Source: Candidatus Hydrogenedentota bacterium (GTDB lineage Bacteria; Hydrogenedentota; Hydrogenedentia; Hydrogenedentales; SLHB01). Taken from it: a stretch of DNA of 64,000 bases. Shown here one piece after another: positions 1 through 9,282 of the stretch (positions are counted from its first letter, which is position 1; each line of letters opens with the position of its first letter). The translations under genes and the position numbers were made by a program. The notes below the pieces were generated by a model, which did not search any database, was not told the DNA's origin, and saw only the letters and a program-made list of their open reading frames with translations. The stretch is from assembly GCA_963674865.2 (NCBI GenBank), contig CAXXYE010000009.1:1856001-1920000 (forward strand), given 5' to 3'.

Positions 1-21
1 TCCTCCTTTGGATTGCCCGCG

Positions 22-912
22 TCAGTCGGCGGCGCTGCGCGCCGCTGCCGCGATGGCGCGGATATGGTCGGGGCCCGTGCCGCAGCATCCGCCGACGATG
101 TTGACGCCGGCCTCGACGAGGGCCGGGACGACGTTCGCCATCATCTCGGGCGTTGCCGGGAATGTGGTGACGCCGTCCACCTGCACGGGCAGGCCGGCGT
201 TGGCTTGTACCATGATGGGGACATCAGGCGCGCTTGCGCGGAGTTCTTTGACGATGCCGACCATGCCTTCGGGCCCCTGCCCGCAGTTGGCGCCGATGAT
301 GGTGGCGCCGGCCTCGAGCACCTGTGCGGCCATGTCGGTGGGCGAGACGCCCATCATCGTTCGGTAGACGTTTTCCCCGTGGCAATCGAAGGTGAAGGTG
401 CAGAGCACTTCGAGGGACGTGTTTTCCCGCGCCGCCTTGACGGCGATGCAGGCTTCGTCGATGGCGGCCATGGTTTCGACGACGCACGCGTCGGCCCCGC
501 CCTTCTCGAGAGCGACGGATTGTTCCTTGAAGGCGTCGTATAGCTCTTCCTCGGTGACGTCGCCCATCATGAGGATCTTCCCCGTAGGGCCGATGGAGGC
601 GAACACGTGCTTGTCGGAACCTGCGGCCTCACGCGAGATGGCGGCGGCGGCCTCATTGATCTCGGCGACGCGCTCCGCGAGGCCGAAGTATTCGAGTTTG
701 AACTTCGTCCCGCCGAAGCTGTTGGTGCTGATCATGTCGGAGCCGGCCTCGACGTAGCTACGCGCGATGTCGAGCACGTTATCGCGGCGTTCGATGTTCC
801 ATAGCTCCGGGCATTCGCCGGGTTTCAGGCCTTTCTGGGCGAGAAATGTGCCCCAGCCGCCGTCGGAAACAAGGATTTTTCGGTTGCTCAGATCCTCTTT
901 AATGCTGTTCAC
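22..912 (-). CDS. Homocysteine S-methyltransferase family protein (stand-alone MetH Hcy-binding domain)
   Basis: SDGGWGT, ECPELWN, GANCGQGP and GGCCGTGPDHI Zn-binding motifs; GTG start after an AAGGAG RBS. Confidence 0.9.
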   Translation of the reverse strand: MNSIKEDLSNRKILVSDGGWGTFLAQKGLKPGECPELWNIERRDNVLDIARSYVEAGSDMISTNSFGGTKFKLEYFGLAERVAEINEAAAAISREAAGSDKHVFASIGPTGKILMMGDVTEEELYDAFKEQSVALEKGGADACVVETMAAIDEACIAVKAARENTSLEVLCTFTFDCHGENVYRTMMGVSPTDMAAQVLEAGATIIGANCGQGPEGMVGIVKELRASAPDVPIMVQANAGLPVQVDGVTTFPATPEMMANVVPALVEAGVNIVGGCCGTGPDHIRAIAAAARSAAD

Positions 913-980
913 TGCTTAACTCCTTCTGGTTCCAGCAAAGAACCTAACACATCAAGGGGGGGGGCCGCCAAAAAGGTCCT

Positions 981-1145
981 ATCCCCCGGTGGCCGTGTTG
1001 CCCATTGCGCCGCGCGTCACGTCATTGGAAGTAGAGACATTAGCGAAGCCAGTTTCCTCACCCGCTTGGTGAGTACATCTCAAGAAATGGGGCCGTCTTA
1101 GAGCACCGTGTGCGCGGCGCGGTCGAGTTATCCGGCGATGACGGT
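981..1145. repeat. 165-bp structured intergenic element, copy A (homologue at 22907-23071)
   Basis: Gap-free alignment with 22907-23071; internal inverted repeat 1007-1016/1111-1120. Confidence 0.8.
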
Positions 1146-1152
1146 ATCCTTG

Positions 1153-1668
1153 CTATTCCTCAATGCCTTTCCGGGCGGTTATGCCCTGTTCGTAGTAGTG
1201 CTTAACCATGCGCATATCGGTAACCAGGTCGGCCCGCTCGATGATGGCCGGGTCCGCTTTGCGGCCGGTAATAACCAGTTCGACATGCTCGGGCCGGGTG
1301 TTGATGAGATCAAGTAAGTCATTAACCGAAAACAGGTTAAAGAAAGTTGCGAGATTTGCTTCGTCCAGGATAACCACGTCATGTGCACCGGACATGATCG
1401 CCTCGCGTATCTCCTGGAAGCCCTTGCGCGCGGCCAGCGTGTCGCCCTCTGTCGGTTCGCCTTGGACAAAATCCCCGTCGCCGTATTGCCTCACCGTGAT
1501 ATTGTTTGAAAGCTGTTTTAGGGCCTCCAGTTCACTGGAGGGCCGGTGCTTAAGGAACTGAGCGATGAAGACGTGACGCCCGGCGCCCGCAGCGCGTAGC
1601 GCCAAACCTAGGGCCGCGGTCGTCTTGCCTTTCCCATCGCCGGTATATACGTGGACAAATCCCTTCAC
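1153..1668 (-). CDS. cobO: Cob(I)yrinic acid a,c-diamide adenosyltransferase
   Basis: VHVYTGDGKGKTTAALG P-loop, QFLK, ILDEAN, VITGR, KHYYEQG; GTG at 1668 with an AAAGGA RBS. Confidence 0.93.
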   Translation of the reverse strand: MKGFVHVYTGDGKGKTTAALGLALRAAGAGRHVFIAQFLKHRPSSELEALKQLSNNITVRQYGDGDFVQGEPTEGDTLAARKGFQEIREAIMSGAHDVVILDEANLATFFNLFSVNDLLDLINTRPEHVELVITGRKADPAIIERADLVTDMRMVKHYYEQGITARKGIEE

Positions 1669-2007
1669 GATTATCCTTTCATGTGTTGTTTGCAGGCCAG
1701 CATCATACGTGTTCTTGGCCGTCACCCGCAACGCTCGCCGGCTGGGGCGAGGGGGCTGTGGCCTTCATTGTTAAGGCCATATTGCCCAATGACTTGCGAA
1801 GGTCTTGGGCTGTCGCGTCTAGTCCGTCAGCTTCAAGACTCGCCCAACGAAAGTCCCGGTTTCGTTTAGCGTGGGGCGTGGTTTGCATCTTCAAGGTGAA
1901 ACCAATACGGCGTTCACCGGTATACTCTCAGGATGTACACTGATTGTGTCGCTCAAGTGGCTCATGCAATGGATAAGATGAAGATATCTCCGAAAGGCGC
2001 CGTGAAA

Positions 2008-2157
2008 ATGAAGCATTTGAAGAGTATGACGCATTCTCCGAGGCGGGCGGAAGAGGAGATTCCTGCTTCCCAGTGGTTCAGCATTCTGGCCGTTCTCATC
2101 AACGCCATAGAGCCTCTCATCGCCTACAAAACCGGCGGCGATCCGGACCTCGCCTAG
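2008..2157 (+). CDS. Orphan MKH-leader peptide, 49 aa, putative RiPP precursor
   Basis: MKHLKSMTHSPRRA-EEEIPASQWFSILAVLINAIEPLIAYKTGGDPDLA; leader matches 59231-59368; GAAAGG upstream. Confidence 0.8.
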   Translation: MKHLKSMTHSPRRAEEEIPASQWFSILAVLINAIEPLIAYKTGGDPDLA

Positions 2158-2264
2158 GCCTGTCGCCGGAGCTGATAAGCGCGATCTATCAAGGGGTCGT
2201 AGCGGGTCTCCTTCTGCTATACTGACGGGGCAACGGGGGTTGTTCTTGAAGGGAGGAGAATGTC

Positions 2265-2981
2265 ATGTCGCAGGAGACTTTCGTACCGGCCGGCGAAGGT
2301 GCGCCCAAGAAGAGCCATGGCTGTTTGTGGGGCTGTCTGGGCGCCACGGTGGCGCTGATTGTCGTGTTGGTGGCGGGTGTGTTTGTTGTGAAACACGCCA
2401 TCGAGCGAACCATCGACGCGGTAACCGAGACGGAAGCCATGGCCATCCCAGCGGTTGAAGTGGCCCCCGATGAGGCTGAGGCGCTCGTGGCACGGCTGGG
2501 CGCGTTTGGGCAGGCCCTTAGGAATGGGCAGCCAGCGGAACCGCTTGTCCTGACGGAAGATGAGGTCAATGTAGCCATCCAGAGTCACCCTGACTGGGCC
2601 ATGCTCAAGGGGCGGATCCACGTCACTTTGTCGGGAGACGAGGCCGGGGGGAAGATCAGCATGCCCCTCGGCGAGATGGGCTTGGGCTTTCTGGAGGGGC
2701 GCTATCTGAACGCGTCGGCGAAGTTCAATGTGTTCTTCCAAGCCGGCGTCCTGCATGTGTACGTCGTCTCGGGCGAGGTGAAGGGAAAGCCCCTGCCCGA
2801 GAGCGTGCTTCAACGGCTGCGAACGGAGAACTTGGCGAAGGATATGCAAACCGATTCTGAGACTCGGGCCATGCTCGAGAAGCTGGCGAGCGTGGAGGTC
2901 AAAGACGGCAAGCTGATCATCACGCCGAAGGCAGCGTCCGAGCGGGCCGCCTCGCCGAATTCTCCGACAGCGGGTTCGTGA
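2265..2981 (+). CDS. Hypothetical single-pass membrane protein
   Basis: KKSHGCLWGCL plus hydrophobic anchor; GGAGG RBS. Confidence 0.75.
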   Translation: MSQETFVPAGEGAPKKSHGCLWGCLGATVALIVVLVAGVFVVKHAIERTIDAVTETEAMAIPAVEVAPDEAEALVARLGAFGQALRNGQPAEPLVLTEDEVNVAIQSHPDWAMLKGRIHVTLSGDEAGGKISMPLGEMGLGFLEGRYLNASAKFNVFFQAGVLHVYVVSGEVKGKPLPESVLQRLRTENLAKDMQTDSETRAMLEKLASVEVKDGKLIITPKAASERAASPNSPTAGS

Positions 2982-2991
2982 AGTAGGTTGT

Positions 2992-3043
2992 CCGTTCCGG
3001 GCGACGTGCGTGCAGTCTGGCTATGCGGCTGTGAGAAAAGCGG
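2992..3043 (+). repeat. Partial copy of the ...GTGAGAAAAGCGG intergenic element family
   Basis: Aligns with 35250-35301, 36158-36209 and 53085-53136. Confidence 0.7.
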
Positions 3044-3205
3044 TCTGTGCGGGGCAGACAGAGCATTGGACAAATTTGTGGGCCTGTGGTAGGCTCCGGG
3101 GCGTTTGCGTGCAGGCTAATTTGCCCCAAAATGCTGTATTCCTTCCGATATAGTACGCTCAACCGTGCTCTAGGAGTCTGGCTCAAGGGCCAGGTTTCTG
3201 GTGGG

Positions 3206-3604
3206 ATGCGGCGAGAAGGGTTTTGTAAGTTCTTACGTCTCAACGCCCATAGCTCTCGGGCCCCGTCATTTGGCGGCTTTCTGGCTGCACCTCTAGGCTT
3301 GTGTCTGCTGCCCCTTCTGCTGGTGCTGGCGGCGATGCCGGCCTACCATCCTGAGGCGGCGCACAGCGCGCATTGCGGTCACGGGCATTCGGCGTGCGGC
3401 GAGGTGCATTGCGGCCATGCCGGGCACTGCCCGGGGTGCGTCCTCGCCCTGTTCGCCCTGCCTTCCATGCCCAACTGTGTTGTCGCCGCGCCCGGCCAAG
3501 GTCCCCCGCACGTGGAGCGCTCCTTCGCGCTTCGGGTTTGTCCGGCGCGCGTTCCAGGCGTTATTCGTCGTGCCCATTCCCCTCCTTCGTCAAAGGCGGC
3601 CTAG
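3206..3604 (+). CDS. DUF2946-like His/Cys-rich small membrane protein (possible metal-sensing leader); start uncertain
   Basis: TM segment, His/Cys tract, HCPGC, C-terminal RRAHSPPS resembling the RAPP end motif. Confidence 0.5.
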   Translation: MRREGFCKFLRLNAHSSRAPSFGGFLAAPLGLCLLPLLLVLAAMPAYHPEAAHSAHCGHGHSACGEVHCGHAGHCPGCVLALFALPSMPNCVVAAPGQGPPHVERSFALRVCPARVPGVIRRAHSPPSSKAA

Positions 3605-3706
3605 TTTGGTGGCATTTTTCAGTGGTATAGCGACATGGATTTCTCGATGCGGCGGATTTGTCTTTGCCGTGGACGGCGGACTTCCATGGTGCAGAGGAGT
3701 TCTTCA

Positions 3707-4369
3707 ATGGTGAGAATGGAGCATTGCCGCCGGAGGCTCGGCCCCGGCGTTGAGTTTTGCTGCGAGGCGTTTCATGCGCCGGAAGGGGCGCATTTGGCGC
3801 TCTGGGGTCCCAGCGGGTGCGGAAAGAGCACCATGCTGAACCTGATCTCGGGGCTTCTTCGTCCCGATGAGGGCGTTGTCGAGGTGGATGGCGCCGAAAT
3901 TCAGAACATGAGTGAGGGGCAGCTCGACCGTTTTCGAGGCGCCCGTTTCGGGTTCATTTTTCAGACTTTCAACCTATTGCGGCCGTTTACGGCCTTGCAG
4001 AATGTGCTCCTGGGCATGCGGTTCAGCGACACGCTTCCCCAATCGGAATGGAAGCCTCGGGCTACCGAGTTGCTGGAGCGCGTCGGGTTGAGCCACCGGC
4101 TCCATAGTAAGCCGGCGACGATGAGCGTGGGCGAGCAGCAGCGCGTGGCCATCGCTCGGGCCTTGGCGAACAGGCCGCGGCTTATCGTGGCGGATGAGCC
4201 GACGGGTAGTCTCGATCCGAAGACGTCGAGAGGCGTGATGGATCTTCTACTCGAGATGTGTTCCGAGGAGAAACTCACGGCCTTGCTCGTGACTCACGAT
4301 CGAGCCATTGCGGATCTGCTTCCCGAGCGGTTTGATTGTTCCGGACTGGTGAAGGAGGTGGCGTCATGA
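3707..4369 (+). CDS. ABC transporter ATP-binding protein (LolD-like)
   Basis: [41 protein letters not shown] before ATG 3707. Confidence 0.92.
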   Translation: MVRMEHCRRRLGPGVEFCCEAFHAPEGAHLALWGPSGCGKSTMLNLISGLLRPDEGVVEVDGAEIQNMSEGQLDRFRGARFGFIFQTFNLLRPFTALQNVLLGMRFSDTLPQSEWKPRATELLERVGLSHRLHSKPATMSVGEQQRVAIARALANRPRLIVADEPTGSLDPKTSRGVMDLLLEMCSEEKLTALLVTHDRAIADLLPERFDCSGLVKEVAS

Positions 4370-6084
4370 GTCTATGGCATATCGCATGGAGCTATCTCTG
4401 GAACCGGAAATTGACGACAAGCCTCACCATTCTCTCCGTGGGGCTTGCTGTCGGCCTTATCTCCTCTGTGCTTACGTTGCGCGATGAGACGCGCAAGAGG
4501 TTCGAGGAGGAAGGGCAGTCTTACGACATCGTGATGGGGGCGAAGGGCAGCCCGCTGCAACTTGTCCTCAGTTCGCTGTATTTCATGGACGTTCCCACGG
4601 GGAACATCCTGTATTCGGACTACCTGCACTTGCGTGGGGCGGATCTGGCCGTCGAGACGGCTACGGATACCGAGATCACGGCGACGATCCCAGCGGGGAC
4701 GCTGCTCGATCAGGAGCCGCTTCTGCTGAAGGTTGTGAACGCGGACGCCGGGCAAACGGGGAGCCGCTTCGACCTGTTCAGCTCTCACTATGATGGCCCG
4801 GCCCAGGCTCTGAACGAGAAAATGCCGGTGCAGATTGCCTCTGTTGCGCCGTCCCAGCTTCCAAAGGGAACGACATCCGAGGCGATTCGCCTTACGATCA
4901 GGGGACGCGGCTTCGGAGCGTCTCCGCGGGTCGTCATCGGCGGCCACGAAGACGTGGCCAATGCCTTCCCCATCGGCATGGGCGACTCCTTCCAGAAGTT
5001 TCGGATTATCGGGACGGTGCGAGGGCTTTTTGAGCATGTCTGGATCGACCCCGTTAGCGGTAGGGAGCGGAGGCCGTTTCAGCTTGCCGAGGGACGCATT
5101 TTCGAGCGTACGAGGGAAGCTGTTGTGGGCAGCACGGTGGCTAAGCAGACGGGCCTGGAGGTCGGGGAAACCTTCGTCGGTACGCATGGCTACATTGAGC
5201 TGCCGGAGGGCACTGGACACGTTCACTCGGATTTTGTCTACGAGGTGGTAGGCATTTTGAAGCCGTCCGGAACGCCCAACGACCGCGCGATCTTCTGCAC
5301 ACTCGACTCCGTGTGGGATGTGCACGGATTGAAGCATGGCGCCGGATATGATTCCCAGCACGGCGGGCACGGCGATGCCCATGCCGCGGAAGTTCACGAG
5401 CATGAACACGCCGAGCATGCGGACGGACACGAACACCATGCCCACGGTGAAGGCGAGGAGTACGAAGGGGAACACGAACATGCCGCAGCCGATGAGCACG
5501 GCCATGAGCACCACCACGGAGAAGAGGCCGGCGGCCCTCCCGAGGTAACGGCGGTTCTCGTGAGTTTGGAGTCGCCGACGCTGCGGTTCCAATTCAAGGA
5601 ATACGTCAATGACGAGATGAACGCTATGGCGGCCATCCCCGTCAACCAGGTGGCCAAGCTCTACGATCAGTTGCTGGCCACGGCGAAGGCGGTCCTATTG
5701 GCCGTGGGCTATCTTGTTGTGGTAATATCGGCATTGTCGATACTAATCGGGCTGTACTTGTCCATTATCCAGCGTAAACGCGATATGGCGATCATGCGTG
5801 CGTTGGGTGCTTCGGCTTATGAGATATTCGGCGCGGTGATCATCGAGGCATTCTGGGTAACCGTTCTGGGTATTGTGTCCGGTTGGCTTATCGGAGGCCT
5901 GGTTACCGTCGCACTGGGTATGTACCTGGTCAGGGAGTACGGTTTGTCTATCATGCCGTTCACCCTTACGCCGGAAGAGCTTAGTGCTTTCTCCGCGGTG
6001 GCTATTGTGGGTCTGGTTGCTGGGCTTCTGCCCGCGTGGCAGGCCTATCGTACCGATGTCGCGCGCGATTTGGCGGAACTGTGA
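4366..6084 (+). CDS. ABC transporter permease (MacB/FtsX type) with His-rich loop and Ig-like insertion
   Basis: GAKGSPLQLVLSS, RKRDMAIMRALGAS, His-rich tract about 5320-5520; ATGA overlap with upstream gene. Confidence 0.9.
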   Translation: MSLWHIAWSYLWNRKLTTSLTILSVGLAVGLISSVLTLRDETRKRFEEEGQSYDIVMGAKGSPLQLVLSSLYFMDVPTGNILYSDYLHLRGADLAVETATDTEITATIPAGTLLDQEPLLLKVVNADAGQTGSRFDLFSSHYDGPAQALNEKMPVQIASVAPSQLPKGTTSEAIRLTIRGRGFGASPRVVIGGHEDVANAFPIGMGDSFQKFRIIGTVRGLFEHVWIDPVSGRERRPFQLAEGRIFERTREAVVGSTVAKQTGLEVGETFVGTHGYIELPEGTGHVHSDFVYEVVGILKPSGTPNDRAIFCTLDSVWDVHGLKHGAGYDSQHGGHGDAHAAEVHEHEHAEHADGHEHHAHGEGEEYEGEHEHAAADEHGHEHHHGEEAGGPPEVTAVLVSLESPTLRFQFKEYVNDEMNAMAAIPVNQVAKLYDQLLATAKAVLLAVGYLVVVISALSILIGLYLSIIQRKRDMAIMRALGASAYEIFGAVIIEAFWVTVLGIVSGWLIGGLVTVALGMYLVREYGLSIMPFTLTPEELSAFSAVAIVGLVAGLLPAWQAYRTDVARDLAEL

Positions 6085-6118
6085 GTAGGGCCTGGAGGCC
6101 GAATAAGGGAAAAGAGCA

Positions 6119-6757
6119 GTGCGAAGACGGGTAGTACGAGAACTCGGGACACTGGCAGGTGTTGTGGTGTTGGCGGTAGGCGTCTGGTTTCTCAACTCCC
6201 ACATGCGCCGCACGGGCCTAAAGGACAAGATGATCGAGTGGCGCATGAGTGCCGAGGCCAAGCATACGGGGATGGGCATCCCCCTGCTTGAGTGGGATCT
6301 CCTCCTGAAGACGAAGGGCGGGCGACGCACGGGGCCGACATTCGATTCCAAACTGGCTTCCCGGAAGGGCGAACGGGTCGGTATTATCGGTTTCATGGCG
6401 CCCATCTACCAGTACCGCGGCATGACAGAGTTCCTATTGCTTCCGATGCCCATCGAGTGTTACTTCTGCGAGGCGCCTCCGATGCGCGAAGTGATCCTCG
6501 TGCAGGTCATGGAGGGCGCCTCGTTCGACCTATACCGAGAGCCGGTGTATGTCAACGGAGAGCTTGAACTCTACGAAGGTCCAGGCACGAAGTTCTTCTA
6601 TGCTTTGAAGGACGCCGATCTCGGTGCGGGCGACCTGGGCACGGAGCTGACTCCGAAGTCCGTCCCGATGGAGCACAGGCGACATGCCCCCACGCCGGAT
6701 AACGATATGCTCGAGGGCATCCGGCGTCCGGGGGGCGGCGCTGCGACTGCCGAATAG
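6119..6757 (+). CDS. DUF3299-family protein
   Basis: GFMAP...EFLLLP...CYFC..PP..VILV pattern; typical partner of this ABC system. Confidence 0.7.
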   Translation: MRRRVVRELGTLAGVVVLAVGVWFLNSHMRRTGLKDKMIEWRMSAEAKHTGMGIPLLEWDLLLKTKGGRRTGPTFDSKLASRKGERVGIIGFMAPIYQYRGMTEFLLLPMPIECYFCEAPPMREVILVQVMEGASFDLYREPVYVNGELELYEGPGTKFFYALKDADLGAGDLGTELTPKSVPMEHRRHAPTPDNDMLEGIRRPGGGAATAE

Positions 6758-6902
6758 CCGCCTGTGGCGGCGCGCCGCCATGGCGCAGTGTAGAATCCAT
6801 CCCCGGGAGCAAGGCGCTCCCGGGGATGTTTGTATGTAGGTGTTTGCCGGACATCCACTCACGGCGGCGCCCGCCGTTGTGTATAGGCTGCGCCGACTCT
6901 CT

Positions 6903-7451
6903 TCAGGGGGACGGGGCGGGACGTGTGGCGAGCGCTCCCCAGGCCCGAAGGATCTCGTAGAGCACTACGCCGAAGGCCGTGGCGACGTTGACGGTGTTCT
7001 TGTAGCCTTGCATGGGCAGACAGACGGCGGCGTCGCACGCGTCGAGCACGTTGGGGGATATCCCATGGACCTCGTTGCCGAACACGATGGCGGCCGGACG
7101 GGGCCAGGCAAACTCGACGTGCGGGACGGCCTCCGGCGTGGTCTCTACGGCGATAATGGGGACTCCTTTGTCCCGGAGGAGCTTGAGCGGCTCGGTGGAC
7201 TCAGGGTAGTAGCTCCATGGGACGTAATCGAAGGCCCCTAAGGCGGTTTTGTGCAGTTTGGCGTTGGGCGGATGGGCGGACATGCCGCAGAGGTGGATAT
7301 GCTCGACGGCCCCGGCGTCGGCGGTTCGGAAGATAGAGCCAACGTTGAAGGCGCTGCGCAGGTTGTCCAGCACCACATGGACGGGATTGCGAGGCCTGGG
7401 CGGAAGCGCGTCTGGGGAGATCATTCGGTAGTGGGGTTCGAGTTCACGCAT
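6903..7451 (-). CDS. TrmH/SpoU-family RNA methyltransferase
   Basis: VLDNLRSAFNVGSIFRTADA, FGNEVHG, LPMQG...NVATA. Confidence 0.9.
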   Translation of the reverse strand: MRELEPHYRMISPDALPPRPRNPVHVVLDNLRSAFNVGSIFRTADAGAVEHIHLCGMSAHPPNAKLHKTALGAFDYVPWSYYPESTEPLKLLRDKGVPIIAVETTPEAVPHVEFAWPRPAAIVFGNEVHGISPNVLDACDAAVCLPMQGYKNTVNVATAFGVVLYEILRAWGALATRPAPSP

Positions 7452-7668
7452 TGCTGACTGCCTTGACTGGGATTGTAAGAAGCATTGCTCCCGCTTGTGT
7501 TTACGTCGCCCCCATTCTCGCTGTTGGCGAGGTCTCAGGCAAGTTACGGCGGTTCCGGGGTCGATATTGCCGGTAGGGTTTGCTACAATCGTCCAGATTC
7601 CGGGCGCATGCCCGGCCGTTGCGGCGTGTGCCGCGGCCATCACAATCAGGTTCTTGAAGGTATATCAA

Positions 7669-8706
7669 GTGGGTCTTTTCTCGGCGCAGATATCGGCAAG
7701 CAGGATGGTACCGCTGTGCCGGCAAATCGCCACCGCCTATGAGGGCGGCCTCCCCGTGATCCAGACCTTCGAGATTGCGGCGGGACAGCTCCCGAAGGGG
7801 CGACTGCGCGATACCGTGACTCAAATGGCTGATGACCTCCGGACGGGCGATACGCTCGAAGCGGCGGCCATGGCCCAGTCGAAGTACTTCCCGTCGTATT
7901 TCATCGCGCTGCTTGCCGGCGGGGAGCGCGGCGGCCGGCTGGACGTTATGCTGCGGGATTTGGCCGAGTACTACGAGGATCGCCTGGCAATGCGGCGGCA
8001 GGTCCTCCACATGATGGCCTATCCCATGATCCAGTTGCTGGCGACTTGGTTTCTCGGGACTTTTGCGCTTGGACTCATTAACGACGTCATCGCTTCGATG
8101 TCGGCGCGGGGCGCGGCGGCATTCAACCTGGACGCGTACTTCAGGTCCTACTTGCTGTTTCAGGCAAAGGCCGGGGTTGTTTTTGGGCTGGTCTTCTTCT
8201 TGTGCGTGGTTCTCGCGAGGCTCGGGATTCTGAAATGGATCACTGGGCTGGTGACGACTTTCGTGTGGCCGTTGGCCCCTGTAACGAAGAAGCTTGCCCT
8301 CGCGCGGTTCTTTCGCAGCATGTCGCTGCTTCTGGGCAGCGGGATGGGTGTTGTCCCCTGTATCGAGAGTGCGGCGGCGGTCGCCGCGAATCCTTACATC
8401 AAGCGCGATTTGCAGCAGGCCGTGCCGCGTGTGAAGGACGGAATGACGCTTGTTCAGGCCTTTTCGGTCTGTCGTTGCCTCACGCCAACGGCGCGTGAGA
8501 TGCTGTTTGTGGGAGAGCAGTCCGGCCACCTCGAGGCCCAGTTGCGCAAGGTGTCGGAGTATCATCTTGCGGAGGCCCGGCACGCCGTGACGCTGGCGGC
8601 GAAAGCCGCTACGGTGCTTATTGTGCTCGGTGTGGCCCTGCTGATCGGATTTGTGATAATCACCTTTTACGTTAAGTTGTACGGAGGAATGCTCAATGCC
8701 TTCTGA
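7669..8706 (+). CDS. Type II secretion F / PilC family inner-membrane protein
   Basis: Two T2SSF repeats (GERGGRLD, GEQSGHLE) and AYP-TM pattern; start approximate. Confidence 0.85.
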   Translation: MGLFSAQISASRMVPLCRQIATAYEGGLPVIQTFEIAAGQLPKGRLRDTVTQMADDLRTGDTLEAAAMAQSKYFPSYFIALLAGGERGGRLDVMLRDLAEYYEDRLAMRRQVLHMMAYPMIQLLATWFLGTFALGLINDVIASMSARGAAAFNLDAYFRSYLLFQAKAGVVFGLVFFLCVVLARLGILKWITGLVTTFVWPLAPVTKKLALARFFRSMSLLLGSGMGVVPCIESAAAVAANPYIKRDLQQAVPRVKDGMTLVQAFSVCRCLTPTAREMLFVGEQSGHLEAQLRKVSEYHLAEARHAVTLAAKAATVLIVLGVALLIGFVIITFYVKLYGGMLNAF

Positions 8707-9226
8707 TGTCGATACGGCGACGGAACCTCGGGATCGTACGAAGTGGCTTTGGTTTGGCGTGGCGGGATTGTTCTGTGTCGCGGTTGCGGTGTTTGTACTC
8801 CAGGGGCGGGTGAGGCCTAATGTGTCGACCGTGCATGTGCGGCACATTCTCATCGCGTGTGACAAACGCGACCCTTCCGATCGGGCAAGGGCGCATGAAC
8901 TGGCCAAGCAGTTGCGGCAGCGCCTCGCGGATGGCGAGAGCTTCACCGAGTTGGCGAAGCAGTATTCGAATGATGCGCTGACGAGCGCCAACGGCGGGGA
9001 CTTGGGTTATGTAGGCAAAGGCATGCTCGATCCTGATTTCGACGTTTTCGTCTGGAAGTTGCCGGTCGGTCAGATCAGCGATGTGGTGGAGACGGGGCGC
9101 GGCTACGAAATTATTGAGGTGCTGAGTAGGACGTTCTCGAAGGCGGACCTGTACGAGATGGAACTCGACCAAAAGGCGAGAGAACGCCTGCTGAACGAGC
9201 GTCAAGCGGGAAGTGCAGACGAGTAA
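8696..9226 (+). CDS. Parvulin/PpiC-type peptidyl-prolyl isomerase with membrane anchor
   Basis: VRHILI, FTELAKQYS, GGDLG, SDVVET. Confidence 0.9.
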   Translation: MPSDVDTATEPRDRTKWLWFGVAGLFCVAVAVFVLQGRVRPNVSTVHVRHILIACDKRDPSDRARAHELAKQLRQRLADGESFTELAKQYSNDALTSANGGDLGYVGKGMLDPDFDVFVWKLPVGQISDVVETGRGYEIIEVLSRTFSKADLYEMELDQKARERLLNERQAGSADE

Positions 9227-9282
9227 ACTGCGAGGCTTCTGAGCGGCGTGAGTGACTGCGGCCTCGGGCTCAGGCAACCTGG

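Noticed and set aside
913..1150. Cobalamin or SAM riboswitch upstream of the methyltransferase
   Set aside because: No B12-box or SAM-I core motifs were recognisable, and the same element recurs before an unrelated MFS gene
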